Shown: positions 14,130 through 28,471, counted from the first letter of the stretch. The stretch is 64,000 bases of DNA from Mobula hypostoma (GCF_963921235.1 NC_086108.1:53260001-53324000); one strand, 5' to 3'. Program-made: numbers and translations. Notes: generated by a model not told the origin, from the sequence alone.

Positions 14130-14590
14130 TTTTAAAAAGGCTGGATCCATTCTTGGCTACAGCCTGGACTCTCTTGACTTAGTGGTGGACAGGAGGTCAC
14201 AAAACAATCTGTTATCCATTATGGACAATCTGGCACATCCTCTCCATGACCTACTGAATAAGCAGAGGAGCATCCTTTCCAACAGACTCATTCAGCTCTG
14301 CTGTCACAAGGATTGTTACAGAAAATCTTTGCTACGAAATGCAATAAACATATACAACAGTTTATCACTGTGCGACGGGAGAACACACATCATAGTACAA
14401 TGGTCTCTGTTTTATTATTTCGTACATTATTATTGCACATTGGTAAATTATTATTGTGTATATTATTATTCTGTACTTTATTATTAGTTAAGTTTGAACA
14501 CTGCTAAATGTGTTTTTAAATGTTGCTGCAGTAATGAAAGGATTTCCCACTTGGGATCAATAATGTATTTATTATTATTATTATTAATAA
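14130..14590 (+). mobile_element. Rex1/Babar-like LINE 3' fragment
   Basis: Translation SIMDNLAHPLHDLL...NRLIQLCC..D.YRKSLL..AI.IYN is typical of this C-terminus; (ATT)n tail. Confidence 0.65.
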
Positions 14591-16294
14591 TTTTCTCCAG
14601 GATCTATGTTTTCTAGGATTTCTAAGAAATCTGAGGTAATGATGATCTGTAATAAGCTTATCCAATATATGCATATCTATGTAGCAAGGTTTTTTCCAGA
14701 TTATGGTGAAACAGGAGGAAAATTAGGTGGGCTCTTTGTAAGAATCATAATTGGACAATGGAGAAATGATCTGTTACACAGATGAACTAGGAGCGGGTTC
14801 AGCACCTCAGGCTTGACTTACCATTTAATAACTTTGCATTGGCATCCAGAAAGATTTCATAATTCTAAAATCCCAATAATTTTCATACCTTGTGAACTGT
14901 AAAAAGCACAGTCTTTTCAAATCTGTAGGCTGGCAAGTAAAACCAGGGAAAATACAAAACGAGAAATAAAAACAAGATAAATTAAACTGACTCATTTATT
15001 TCAAGATCATCCTTAAGCCAGACATGGTTCATGGATTTCCTTTGGATATCTTTGAGATAGAGAAAATGGGCTATAATTTACTTAATAACTGTTATGTATG
15101 TGCAGTTTGATTGGCAGCTGTGTTCCTTACTTTAGATTTTTTAAAATTTCCTTTGATTTTTCCCCATGAAATTTTCTCAAAACTGATTTATCACATGGAA
15201 AATTGAAATTTCCACTTTTGGAGCATGTTTGGATTTCTTCAATCCTGTCAATGTTTGGCCAGATAATCTTCTATTCATTCTTAGAACTGGATACTGTTGG
15301 CTACAAGTACACCTCATTATGTGTCTCATTATTGTCCTTCATTTAATCCCACACAGAGGCCATGTGAATATCTTAGAAATTGAATTAAGTAAAATGATTA
15401 TGATAGAAAGTGAATTTAAGGTTGGTTGATAGATACTGATTTCAAAAAGTGCACACACTACATAAAAAAAACAAAATCCATATCTAACAAATGGAAGTTC
15501 TTGCAATAATGATACTTGGTTCATACAGATAAAACACCCAGTGTTTATTATGGACAATATACCACAAGTAATTAATGGTCTTTATAATCATGGTAACCTG
15601 CTCAATGCGAAATTATTTACACTATAATAATTAATTTCATCCACAAATGAGTAAAACTGATGCCAGACAAATGATTTACAAATGCTAAATAATATAAAAT
15701 ATAGATAGTCACAGTCATAGAATTGTACAGCATGGAAACACACCATCTGGCCCACCATTTACACACTGACTAGAGGCACCCTTTATTATTAACTCATCTT
15801 CCAGCACTTGGCCCATAGCCTACTATACCTTCATGTTTCAAGTGATCGACTGGTCACTTCTAAAATACAATCAATAATTCTGCTTCCATCAAGCTCTCAA
15901 AATATAAATATTTCCTTAAATTTAACGACAGCTTAGAACAGGTAGTTTATGAAAATGTAATTTTATAATTTATTTTGTATTCTAATCTGGTTGAGAAAAT
16001 TAACTGATTATGATTAGAGAAAAGACAACGTTGTTTGAATATAAAATCTTCTGGTTCCAATGATAAAATAGGTTCAAGGATAGCATGCCGAAGCTCTGTA
16101 GTGATATGACAATTAAATATTTTCAGAGCCATTTGAAATATTAACACTGAATCCTCAGGAGAATAAATAATCCAGGCAAGGGTGCGATTTCATGGACTGA
16201 ACAGATTTTACATTTTCATGAGAGATTCTGTAGATGCTGGAAATTCAGGTCCCAATGAAAGGTCTCAGCCCAAAACATCAACCGTTTATTTCAC

Positions 16295-16374
16295 CAGGAG
16301 TTCCCAACCTTTTTTATGCCATGGACCCCTATCATTAACCAAGACAGCTCTGGACCTCAGGTTGGGAACCCCTG
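16295..16374. mobile_element. hAT/Charlie-like MITE (80 bp)
   Basis: Terminal inverted repeats caggagttcccaacct / aggttgggaacccctg; imperfect 8-bp flanks tatttcac / tattagac. Confidence 0.6.
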
Positions 16375-16579
16375 TATTAGACTATAAGATACTGAAGCAG
16401 AATTTGATTATTTGGCCCATTAAATCTGCTCCGCTATTTCATCATGGCTAATCCATTTCTGTCTCAACCCCATTCTCCTGCCTTCTTCCTGTAACCTTTC
16501 ACACCCTGACTTATCAAGAATCTATTAACCCCCACTTTAAATACACTCAATAATTTGGCCTCCACAGCCACCTGTGGCA

Positions 16580-16663
16580 ACCTCGGCCCAAAACGTCGAC
16601 TGTACCTCTTCCTAGAGATGCTGTCTGGCCTGCTGCATTCACCAGCAACTTTGATGTGTGTTG
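16580..16663 (+). mobile_element. Short Penelope pLTR fragment inside the old CR1
   Basis: ctcggcccaaaacgtcgactgtacctcttcctagagatgctg...gtgtgttg matches 12124-12205. Confidence 0.85.
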
Positions 16664-17219
16664 TTCCACAAATTCACTACCATCTGACCAGAAGAATTCT
16701 ACCTCATCTTTGTTCTAAATGAATGTCCCTCTATTCTGAGGTTGTGCCCTCTGATCCTAGACTCCCCTACTATAGGAAACATCCTTTCCACATCCAGTCT
16801 ATCTAGGCCTTTTAAACTCTGATAGATTTCAATGAGATCCCCCTTCATTCTTCTAAATTCCAGCAAGTACAGGCTCAGAACCATCCAAAACAATCATAAG
16901 ATAAGCCTTTCAACCCTGGAATGATTTTCGTGAACCTCCTTTGAACCCTCTCCAATGTCAGCACATTCTTTCTTAGCAAAAGAGCCCAAAACTGTTCACA
17001 GTACTTCAGGTGAAGCTTCACCAATGCCTTATAAAGCCTCAGCATTACATCCTTGTTTTTATACACCAGTCCTCTCAAAATGAATGCTAACATTGCATTT
17101 GCCTTCCTCACCATCGACTCAACTTGCAAGTTAACCTTTAGGGAACCCTGCACAAAGACTCCCAAGTCCCTTTGCACCTTAGTTTTTGAATTTCCTTCCT
17201 ATTTAGAAAATAGCCTACA

Positions 17220-17491
17220 ATGGGCTGGCTGGTGGCGCAATGACATCAGTGCTGGACTCTGGAACAAAGGTTCCCGGGTTCAAATCCAGTCGGGGCCGCT
17301 CCTGAGTACGCTTTCCATCCGTGCCAGGTTGATTGTCGAGATCGCAACTTGACCTCATAAAAGAAAGGGGAAAATACTGCAATATGTCTGTGTGAGGAGT
17401 GGCGTGTCACGCAGTCTCTCTCTCGCTCCGCGCCTTGAAAAAATACATTGTCCCACCAACATCGCACACGCAGAGACATGCACGCCAAAAA
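17220..17491 (+). mobile_element. tRNA-derived SINE (A-tailed)
   Basis: A box TGGCGCAATG, B box GGTTCAAATCC, oligo-A tail, 13-bp TSD aaaatagcctaca at 17207-17219 and 17492-17504. Confidence 0.88.
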
Positions 17492-17800
17492 AAAATAGCC
17501 TACACTTTTATCCCTTCTACCAAAGTGCATGCCCATACACTTCCCAACACTATATTCCATCTGCCACTTCTTTGCCCATCTTCTGCAGCCTCCCTGTTTC
17601 ATCAACACTACCCATCCCTCCATTTGCAATCTTAACCACAAAGCCATCAGTTCCATTGACAACAAATAAAATGAAGCTATCCCAATACCGACCCCTGCAG
17701 AACACCACTCGTCACTGGTAGCCAATCAAAAAAGGCCCCCTTTAATACCAGTCTTTGCTTCCTGCCAATCAACCAATATTCTATCCATGCTAGAACCTTT

Positions 17801-19627
17801 GGTTAAGATTGGTTAAGACAAATGTAGGTCCCCTACAGACAGAAACAGGTGAATGGATTATGGGGAACAAGGACATGGCAGACCAACTGAATAACTACTT
17901 TGGTTCTGTTTTCACTAAGGAGGATATAAATAATCTTCTGGAAATAGTAGGGGACAGAGGGTCTAGTGAGATGGAGGAACTGAGGGGAATACATGTTAGT
18001 AGGAAAGTGTTGTTAGGTAAATTGAAGGGATTAAAGGCAAATAAATCCCCAGGGCCAGATGGTCTGCATCCCAGAGTGCTTAAGGAAGTAGCCCAAGAAA
18101 TAGTGGATGCATTAGTGATATTTCTTCAAAACTCTTCAGATTCTGGATTAGTTCCTGAGGATCGGAGGGTGGCTAATGTAACCCCGCTTTTTAAAAAAGG
18201 AGGGAGAGAGAAACCGGGGAATTATAGACCAGTTAGCCTAACGTCGGTGGTGGGGAAACTGCTGGAGTCAGTTATCAAAGATGTGATAACAGCACATTTG
18301 GAAAGCGGTGAAATCATCGGACAAAGTCAGCATGGATTTGTGAAAGGAAAATCATGTCTGACGGATCTCATAGAATTTTCTGAGGATGTAACTAGTAGAG
18401 TGGATAGGGGAGAACCAGTGGATGTGGTATATTTGGATTTTCAAAAGGCTTTTGACAAGGTCCCACACAGGAGATTAGTGTGCAAACTCAAAGCACACAG
18501 TATTGGGGGTAAGGTATTGATGTGGATAGAGAATTGGTTGGCAGACAGGAAGCAAAGAGTGGGAATAAACGGGACCTCTTCAGAATGGCAGGCAATGACT
18601 AGTGGGGTACTGCAAGGCTCAGTGCTGGGACCTCAGTTGTTTACAATATATATTGATGAGCTAGATGAGGGAATTAAATGCAGCATCTCCACGTTTGCGG
18701 ATGACACGAAGCTGGGCGGCAGTGTTAGCTGTGAGGAGGATGCTAAGAGGATGCAGGGTGACTTGGATAGGTTAGGTGAGTGGGCAAATTCATGACAGAT
18801 GCAATTTAATGTGGATAAATGTGAGATTATCCACTTTGGTGGCAAGAACAGGAAAACAGATTATTATCTGAATGGTGGCCGATTAGGAAAAGGGGAGGTG
18901 CAACGAGACCTGGGTGTCATTGTACACCAGTCATTGAAAGTGGGCATGCAGGTACAGCAGGCAGTGAAAAAGGCGAATGGTATGCTGTCATTCATAACAA
19001 GAGGATTCGAGTACAGGAGCAGGGAGGTACTACTGCAGTTGTACAAGGCCTTGGTGAGACCACACCTGGAGTATTGTGTGCAGTTTTGGTCCCCTAATCT
19101 GAGGAAAGACATTCTTGCCAGAGAGGGAGTACAAAGAAGGTTAACCAGATTGACTCCTGGGATGGCAGGACTTTCATATGATGAAAGACTGGATCGACTA
19201 GGCTCATACTCTCTGGAATTTAGAAGATTGAGGGGGGATCTTATTGAAACGTATAAAATCCTAAAGGGATTGGACAGGCTAGATGCAGGAAGATTGTTCC
19301 CGATGTTGGGCAAGTCCAGAACGAGGGGTCACAGTTTGAGGATAAAGGGGAAGCCTTTTAGGACCGAGATGAGGAAAAACTTCTTCACACAGAGAGTGGT
19401 GAATCTGTGGAATTCTCTGCCACAGGAAACAGTTGAGGCCAGTTCATTGGCTATATTTAAGAGGGAGTTAGATATGGCCCTTGTGGCTAAAGGGATCAGG
19501 GGGTATGGAGGGAAGGCTGGTACAGGGTTCTGAGTTGGATGATCAGCCATGATCATACCTAATGGCAGTGCAGGCTCGAAGGGCCAAATGGCGTACTCCT
19601 GCATCTATTTTCTATGTTTCTATGTTT
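17801..19627 (+). mobile_element. Young CR1 LINE, 5'-truncated; RT domain open except for one TGA (18793-18795)
   Basis: ORFs 17809-18795 and 18799-19533 are in the same frame; FADD motif; (CTATGTTT)n tail. Confidence 0.95.
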
Positions 19628-20575
19628 ACTGTAATACCATGGGCTTTTATCTTAAAGCAGCCTCATGTGTGGCACCTTGTCAAAGGTCTTTTGAAAATCC
19701 AAGTACACAACATCAAACAATTCTTCTTTGTCTATCCTGCTCATTATTTCCTCAAACAAATTTATGAGGCAAGATTTTCCCATAAAGGGAACTGACTTTA
19801 GCCCATTTTATCAGGTCCATTCAAGTATCTCAAAACCTCATCCTAACAATCAACTCCAACATCTTTCCAACCACTGAGGTCATGCTAACTGGCCTATAAT
19901 TATCTTTCTTCCGCCTCCCTCCCTTCTTAAAGAGTGGAGTGATATTTGCAATTTTCCAGTCCTCCGGAACCATATCAGAATCTTGAGATTTTTGAAAGAT
20001 CATTACTAATGCCTCCACAACCTCTTCGGCTACCTCTTGCGTGTAGTCCATCTGCCCAGGTGATTTATCTACCTTCCGATCTTTCAGTTTCTCAAACACC
20101 TTCTTCCTAGTAATAGTAACTACACTCACTTCTGCCCACTGACTACGAGTGTCTTCCACAGTGAAGACTGATGCAGTTTTTCTGACATCTCCTTGTCCCC
20201 CATTACCACCTTTCCAGCAGTCTGATATCCACTCTTGCCTCTTTTTTTACTCTTCGTATATCTGAAAAAACTATTGGTATCCTCTTTGAGATTAGTCTGG
20301 CTTACTTCATATTTCATCTTTTCACTCTTTATGGCTTTTTTAGTTGCCTTTGTTGGTTTTTAAAAGCTTCCCAATGTTCTAACTTCCCACCAGTTTTTGA
20401 TCTATTATATGCCCTCTCCTTTGCCTTTATGTTGGCGTTGACTTCTCTTGTCAGCCACAGTTGTGTCATCCTGCTTTTAAAATACTTTTTTGGGATGCAT
20501 CTATACTGTACCTTCTGAATTGCTCCCAGAAACTCCAGCCATTGCTGCTCTGCCATCAAACCTGCTAGTGTCCCC

Positions 20576-20941
20576 TGTTGTTCTCTATCTGCAATGTATT
20601 CCATACTGCACATTTATTATGGCAATTAGTCACGAGTGGGGTCATGGTAAAAGTAAAGGGAATAAGTCACGTACTTGTGCTTTGTTCGGGGCTGTTTGCA
20701 GCTGGGGGTCGATGGATGTCGTATCCTTTGTTGGCCGCTCAATTACACTTAATTTCACTTAAGTATGCTTAAGTTTCATCGCTTCAAGATTATATGTTTG
20801 CTAATTGATAATAAAGGAACAAATACATACATTCGACTTTTGGAATAATCATTACTGGATCTGAGGGTGTCTTACAAATATAACAAACCTATGGGGGTCA
20901 CCAGCAGCGGCAATTTGGTTTGGTTAGAATTGGACACTACA
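20576..20941 (+). repeat. 5' LTR of the BEL element
   Basis: TGT...ACA; aligns along its length with 32974-33356; contains AATAAA. Confidence 0.85.
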
Positions 20942-21055
20942 TTCTTGTCACAAAAGATATCAACAATTATACCAAACGTACATCAGCATTCAGACATGTC
21001 TCAGAAATTAGAAGCCACACAGCCAGGAGCAGCTTATAGCAAGTAATGACCTTTT

Positions 21056-24000
21056 AGAAACCTTAGAAAAACTACAGCGCAGAAACAGGCCTTTTGGCCC
21101 TTCTTGGCAGTGCCAACCCATTTTCTGCCTAGTCCCACTGACCTGCACACGGACCATATCCCTTCATACACCTCCCATCCATGTATCTGTCCAATTTATT
21201 CTTAAATGTTAAAAAAGAACCAGCACTTACCACCTCGTCTGGCAGCTCATTCCACACTCCCAACACTCTCTGTGTGAAGAAGCCCCCCCCTAATGTTCCC
21301 TTTAAACTTTTCCCCCCTCACCCCTAACCCATGTCCTCTGGTTTTTTTCTCCCCTTGTCTCAGTGGAAAAAGCCTGCTTGCATTCACTCTATCTATACCC
21401 ATCATAATTTTATATACCTCTATCAAATTTCCCCTCATTCTTCTACGCTCCAGGGAATAAAGTCCTAACCTATTCAACTTTTCTCTGTAACTGAGTTTCT
21501 CAAGTCCTGGCAACATCCTTGTAAACCTTCTCTGCACTCTTTCAACCTTATTAATATCCTTCCTGTAATTTGGTGACCAAAACTGAACAGAATGCTTGAG
21601 ATTCGGCCTCACCAGTGCCTTATACAACCTCATCATAACATTCCAGCTCTTATACTCAATACTTTGATTAATAAAGGCCAAGGTACCAAAAGCTCTCTTT
21701 ATGACCCTATCAACCTGTGACGCCACTTTTAGGGAATTTTGTATTTGTATTCCCAGATCCCTCTGTTCTACTGCGCTACTGAGTGCCTTACCATTTACCC
21801 TGTATGTTCTACCTTGGTTTGTCCTTCCAAAGTGCAATACCTCACACTTGTCTGTATTAAACTCCATCTGCCATTTTTCAGCCCATTTTTCCAGCTGGTC
21901 CAAGTCTCTCTGCAAGCTTTGAAAACCTTTCTCACTGTCCACTACACCTCCAATCTTTGTATCATCAGCAAATTTGCTGATCCAATTTACCACATTATCA
22001 TCCAGATCATTGGTATAGATGACAAATAACAATGGACCCAGCACTGATCCCTGTGGCACACCACTTGTCACAGGCCTCCACTCTGAGAAGCAATTCTCTA
22101 CTACCACTCTTTGGCTTCTCCCATTGAGCCAATGTCTAATCCAATTTACCACCTCTCCATGAATACCTAGCGACTGAATTTTCCTAACTAACCTCCCACG
22201 CAGGACCTTGTCAAAGGCCTTACTGAAGTCCACGTAGACAACATCCACTGCCTTCCCTTCATCCACTTTCCTGGTAACCTCCTCGAAAAACTCCAATAGA
22301 TTGGTCAAACATGACCTACCACGCACAAAGCCATGTTGATTCTCCCTAATAAGTCCTTGTCTATCCAAATGCTTGTAGATTCTGTCTCTTAGTACCCCCT
22401 CCAATAACTCACACACTACCAACGTCAAACATACCGGCCTATAATTTCCCGGATTACTTTTCAATCCTTTTTTAAACAACGGAACAACATGAGCCATTCT
22501 CCAATCCTCCGGCACCTCACCCGTAGACGCCGACATTTTAAATATATCTGCCAGGGCCCCTGCAATTTCAACACTAGTCTCCTTCAAGGTCCGAGGGAAT
22601 ACCCTGTCTGGTCCTGGGGATTTATCCACTTTAATTTGCCTCAAGATAGCAAGCACCTCCTCCTTTTCAATCGGTACAGTTTCCATGATCTCACTACTTG
22701 TTTCCCTTAATTCCATAGACTTCATGCCAGTTTCCTTAGTAAATACAGACGCAAAAAACCCATTTAAGACCTCCCCCATTTCTTTTGGTTCCACACATAG
22801 CCGACCATTCTGATCTTCAAGAGGACCAAGTTTATCCCTTACAATCCTTTTACTCTTAATATACCTGTAAAAGCTCTTTGGGTTATCCTTAACTTTGACT
22901 GCCATGGCAACCTCATGTCTTCTTTTAGCCCTCCTGATTTCCTTTTTAAGTATTTTCTTGCACTTTTTATACTCCTCAAGCACCTGATTTACTCCCTGTT
23001 TCCTATACATGTCATACAACTCTTTCTTCTTCTTTATCAGAGTTGCAATATCCCTTGAGAACCAAGGTTCCTTATTCCTATACACTCTGCCTTTAACCCT
23101 GACAGGAACATACAAGCTCTGCACTCTCAAAATTTCTCCTTTGAAGGCTTCCCACTTACCAATCACATCCTTGCCAGAGAACAACCTGTCCCAATCCACA
23201 CTTTTTAGATCCTTTCTCATTTCTTCAAATTTGGCCTTCTTCCAGTTCAGAATCTCAACCCTAGGACCAGATCTATCCTTGTCCATGATCAAGTTGAAAC
23301 TAATGGTGTTATGATCACTGGAACCAAAGTGCTCCCCTACACACACTTCCGTCACTTGTCCTAACTCATTTCCTAACAGGAGATCCAATATTGCATCCCC
23401 TCTAGTTGGTCCCTCTATATATTGATTTAGAAAACTTTCCTGAACACATTTTACAAACTCTAAACCATCTAGACCCCTAACAGTATGGGAGTCCCAATCA
23501 ATAAGTGGAAAATTAAAATCCCCTACCACCACAACTTTATGTTTCCTGCAGTTGCCTGCTATCTCTCTGCAGATTTGCTCCTCCAATTCTCGCTGACTAT
23601 TGGGTGGTCTATAATACAACCCCACTAATGTGGCCATAACTTTCCTGTTTCTCAGCTCCACCCGTAAGGACTCAGTAGACAAGCCCTCTATTCTGTTCTG
23701 CCTGAGCACTGCTGTAACATTTTCCCTGACAAGCAATGCAACCCCCCACCTTTCATTCCTCTGCCTCAATCATATCTGAAACATCGGAACCCTGGAATAT
23801 TAAGCTGCCAGTCCTGCCCCTCCTGTAGCCAAGTTTCACTAATTGCTATAACGTCATAATTCCACGTGTCAATCCATGCCCTCAACTCGTCTGCCTTCCC
23901 CGCAATACTCCTAGCATTGAAATATATACACCTCAGAAGATTTTTACCATCACTCACAACCATTCTATTTGCGGCTTTGCTTGAACTTTTAACATCATTT

Positions 24001-24600
24001 ATTTTCACCCCAGCCACACTGTCAGCTCTGGCACTCTGGTTCCCATCCCCCTGCAAATCTAGTTTAAAGCCTCCCCAACAGCACTAACGAACCTCCCTGA
24101 AAGGATATTGGTCCCTTTGTAGTTCAAGTGTAACCCATCTATCTTGTACAGGTCCCACCTGCCCCGGAAGAGGTCCCAATGATCCTGAAATCTGAAACCC
24201 TGCCCCCTACACCAGTTCCTCAGCCACTTATTCATCCTCCAGAGGATCCTATTCCTACCCTCACTGGCACGTAGCACAGGTTGCAATCCTGAGATTACCA
24301 CCCTGGAGGTCCTGCTTTTCAACTTCCTACCAAGCTCTCTATACTCACTGTCCAGGACCTCCTCACTCTTCCTTGCTATGTCATTGGTACCGATGTGCAC
24401 CACGACATCTGGCTGATCACCCTCCCACTTCAGAATGTCATGCAAGCGACCAGAGACATCCTTGACCCTGGCACCCGGGAGGCAACAAACCATCCTGGAT
24501 TCTCTGTCACGACCACAGAACCTCCTATCTGTAGCTCTAACTATCGAGTCCCCTATCACTACTGCTCTCCTCTTTTTCCACCCTCCCTTCTGCACTGCCT
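21056..24600 (-). mobile_element. Young CR1 LINE with ORF1 SGNH esterase domain and near-intact ORF2 (APE endonuclease + RT)
   Basis: 840-aa ORF 21247-23769, with its N-terminus in 23766-24056 (YFNARSI, ISETWL); esterase VIGDSIVR...HIGTND...DGLHLN at 24059-24600; candidate TSD cctttt at 21050-21055 and 24598-24603. Confidence 0.95.
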
Positions 24601-25755
24601 TTTGTTGATTCATGCTGTGTGTTTGAGTTTGGAACACAGTTTGGAATGGTCAGTGCTGCCTGTCCAATTAGCGACCGTAAGCTCTGTAGGGTGGTGTTTG
24701 CTGAAGGGTTCGGCGCTTGGTTCTGCTGAAGTGCTGAACCTCTTCGACTGTTGACATCGGAACTGAATTGCCATTGTTTTGTCTGGTTCGCACACTTGGA
24801 AAATAACGTGAGTCAAGCTGGAAGCTTGAAGTCTTGACTGAGAGAGAAATTAAACTTACTGGGAAAACTTTGGCAACTAGAATTAGCAACTTTCAAAAGG
24901 ACTATAATAAAACTGTTAAAAAGATTAAACATTTAATATTGATAATTAGAAACCTTTTACATGTAGAACAAGTGCAGTCTCATTTGGATGATTCTAAAAA
25001 TCTTTGTGAAGGTGTTACTAAGCAACATAATTTTCTATTGTCTTTAATGCCTATCTCTGAGCAAGGTAAATTGAAAACTATGTGAACTTTGATACAGTTA
25101 TTAATACAGTCACAGCAGAGGCTGAACAAGGGTTGAAACAAACATGTAATGTTCAAGTTCAAATTGCTGGAGGAAATGAAAATATTTATATAAGTCACCG
25201 AGCATACTGTGGCCATATATAAAACATGACTTTCAGGATAACGTAGATTCTAAAGACAGTGTGCCTAACATGCATGCCATAGGTTCTATTGCTAGCAGAG
25301 CATCCAGTGTATCTGATACCTCATTGGCACGCATTAGAAAGGAGGCTGATTTAACTGAGTTCAACAAATTTTGAAGGATACACATATATTGGAGGAACAG
25401 GCAGGGCAGATGGAAGACCAGCTTCAGAGAAACCAGGAGCACTTACAAAGATAGATGGAGCAGCTTAATTTGCAGGAAGAAATTGCAGCCAAGATGGCCA
25501 AAGGGAAAGCACTGAAGGCTTCAAGTGCTAAACATGCTCCTGCAGGACAGTTTACAGTGGGAGTTCCGATGTCGACATGACACAGAGAAAATCTAACAGA
25601 CTCAATGTCAATATGGATACCTTTGTTCCTCAAATGTCCATGAGCCATGAGTTTCAACCCCAAAGGGTAGTTCTGAGTGTTCACTCTCAGCCTGCACCTA
25701 GGAGGCACCCTGAACCTATGCCATATAACCATATAACAATTACAGCATGGAAACA

Positions 25756-27593
25756 TAGAAACATAGAAAATAGGTGCAGGAGTAGGCCATTCGGCCCTTC
25801 GAGCCTGCACCGCCATTCAGTATGATGATGGCTGATCATCCAACTCAGAACCCTGTACCTGCCTTCTCTCCATACCCCCTGATCCCTTTCGCCACAAGGG
25901 CCATATCTAATTCCCTCTTAAATATAGCCAATGAACTGGCCTCAACTGTTTCCTGTGGCAGAGAATTCCACAGATTCACCACTCTCTGTGTGAAGATGTT
26001 TTTCCTCATCTCGGTCCTAAAAGGCTTCCCCTTTATCCTCAAACTGTGACTCCTCATTCTGGACTTCCCCAACATCGGAAACAATCTTCCTGCATCTAGC
26101 CTGTCCAATCCCTTTAGGATTTTATATGTTTCAATAAGATCCCCCCTCAATCTTCTAAATTCCAGAGAGTATAAGCCTAGGTGATCCAGTCTTTCATCAT
26201 ATGAAAGTCCTGCCATCCCAGGAATCAATCTGGTGAACCTTCTTTGTACTCCCTCTCTGGCAAGAATGTCTTTCCTCAGATTAGGGGACCAAAACTGCAC
26301 ACAATACTCCAGGTGTGGTCTCACCAAGGCCTTGTACAACTGCAGCAGTACCTCCCTGCTCCTGTACTCGAATCCTCTTGCTATGAATGCCAGTATACCA
26401 TTTGTCTTTTTCACCGCCTGCTGTACCTGCATGCCCACTTTCAATGACTGGTGTATAATGACACCCAGGTCTCGTTGCACCTCCCCTTTTCCTAATCGGC
26501 CACCATTCAGATAATAATCTGTTTTCCTATTTTTGCCACCAAAGTGGATAACTTCACATTTATCCACATTAAATTGCATCTGCCATGAATTTGCCCACTC
26601 ACCCAACCTATCCAAGTCACCCTGCATCCTCTTAGCATCCTCCTCACAGCTAACACTGCCACCCAGCTTCGTGTCATCCGCAAACTTGGAGATGCTGCAT
26701 TTAATTCCCTCGTCTAAGTCATTAATGTATATTGTAAACAACTGGGGTCCCAGCACTGAGCCTTGCGGTACCCCACTAGTCATTGCCTGCCATTCTGAAA
26801 ACGTCCCGTTTATTCCCACTCTTTGCTTCCTGTCTGCCAATTCTCTATCCACATCAATACCATACCCTCAATACCGTGTCCAGCAGTTTCCCCACCACCG
26901 ATGTTAGGCTAACCGGTCTATAATTCCCCAGTTTCTCTCTCTCTCCTTTTTTAAAAAGCGGGGTTACATTAGCCACCCTCCAATCCTCAGGAACTAGTCC
27001 AGAATCCAAAGAGTTCTGAAAAATTATCACTAATGCATCCACTATTTCTTGGGCTACTTCCTTAAGCACTCTGGGATGCAGACCATCTGGCCCTGGGGAT
27101 TTATCTGCCTTTAATCCCTTCAATTTACCTAACACCACTTCCCTACTAACATGTATTTCCGTCAGTTCCTCCATCTCACTAGACCCTTGGTATCCTACTA
27201 TTTCTGGAAGATTACTTATGTCCCCCTTAGTGAAGACAGAACCAAAGGTCTGCCATATCCTTGTTCCCCATGATCAATTCACCTGTTTCTGACTGTAAGG
27301 GACCTACATTTGTCTTAACCAATCTTTTTCTTTTCACATATCCATAAAAGCTTTTACAGTCGGTTTTTATGTTCCCTGCCGGCTTTCTCTCATAATCTTT
27401 TCTCCCTTTCCTAATTAAGCCCTTTGTCCTCCTCTGCTGGACTCTGAATTTCTCCCAGTCCTCAGGTGTACCACTTTTTCTGGCTAATTTGTATGTTTCT
27501 TCATTGGAATTGATACTATCCCTAATTTCCCTTGTCAGCTACGGGTGCACTACCTTCCCTGGTTTATTCTTTTGCCAAACTGGGATGAACAAT
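25756..27593 (-). mobile_element. Young CR1 (same subfamily as 17801-19627) inserted into the tail of another CR1; internal ~240-bp deletion near 26880
   Basis: The translation of ORF 25845-26852 is nearly identical to 18530-19533; TSD/microhomology gaaaca at 25750-25755 and 27594-27599. Confidence 0.93.
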
Positions 27594-28252
27594 GAAACAG
27601 GCCATCTCGGCCCTTCTAGTCTGTGCCGAACGCTTACTCTCACCTTATCCCACCGACCTGCACTCAGCCCATAACCCTCCATTCCTTTCCTGTCCATATA
27701 CCTATCCAATTTTTTTAAAATGACAAAAGCCAACTGCCTCCACTACTTCTACTGGAAGCTCATTCCACACAGCTACCACTCTCTGAGTAAAGAAGTTCCC
27801 CTCATGTTACCCCTAAACTTTTGTCCCTTAACTCTCAACTCATGTCCTCTTGTTTGAATCTCTCTTACTCTCAATGGAAAAAGCCTATCCTTGTCAACTC
27901 TATCTATCCCTCTCATAATTTTAAATACCTCTATCAAGTCCCCCCTCAACTTTCTACGCTCCAAAGAATAAACACCTAACTTGTTCAACCTTTCTCTGTA
28001 ACTTAGGTGCTGAAACCCAGGTAACATTCTAGTAAATCTTCTCTGTACTCTCTCTATTTTGTTGACATCTTTCCTATAATTCAGTGACCAGAACTGTACA
28101 CAATACTCCAAATTTGGCCATACCAAATCCTTGTACAATTTAAACATTACATCCCAACTCCTATACTCAATGCTCTGATTTATAAAGGCCAGCATACCAA
28201 AAGCTTTCTTCACCGCCCTATCCACATGAGATTCCACCTTTAGGGAACTATG

Positions 28253-28471
28253 GATATTAGAGGAAGGTTTTTTACTCAGAGAGTGGTTGGTGCGTGGAAT
28301 GCACTGCCTGAGTCAGTGGTGGAGGCAGATACACTAGTGAAATTTAAGAGACTACTAGACAGGTATACGCAGGAATTTAAGGTGGGGGCTTATATGGGAG
28401 ACAGTGTTTGAGGGTTGGCACAACATTGTGGGCCGAAGGGCCTGTACTGTGCTGTACTATTCTATGTTCTA
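28253..28471 (+). mobile_element. CR1 3'-end fragment of another subfamily, nested in opposite orientation
   Basis: RGRFFTQRVVGAWNALPESVVEA-type 3' end with ttctatgttctat tail; the host CR1 resumes afterwards. Confidence 0.85.

Noticed and set aside
17220..17295. tRNA genes (also ~33555-33630, 35540-35612, 38930-39000)
   Set aside because: The A/B boxes belong to SINE heads with bodies, tails and in some cases TSDs; no proper cloverleaf.
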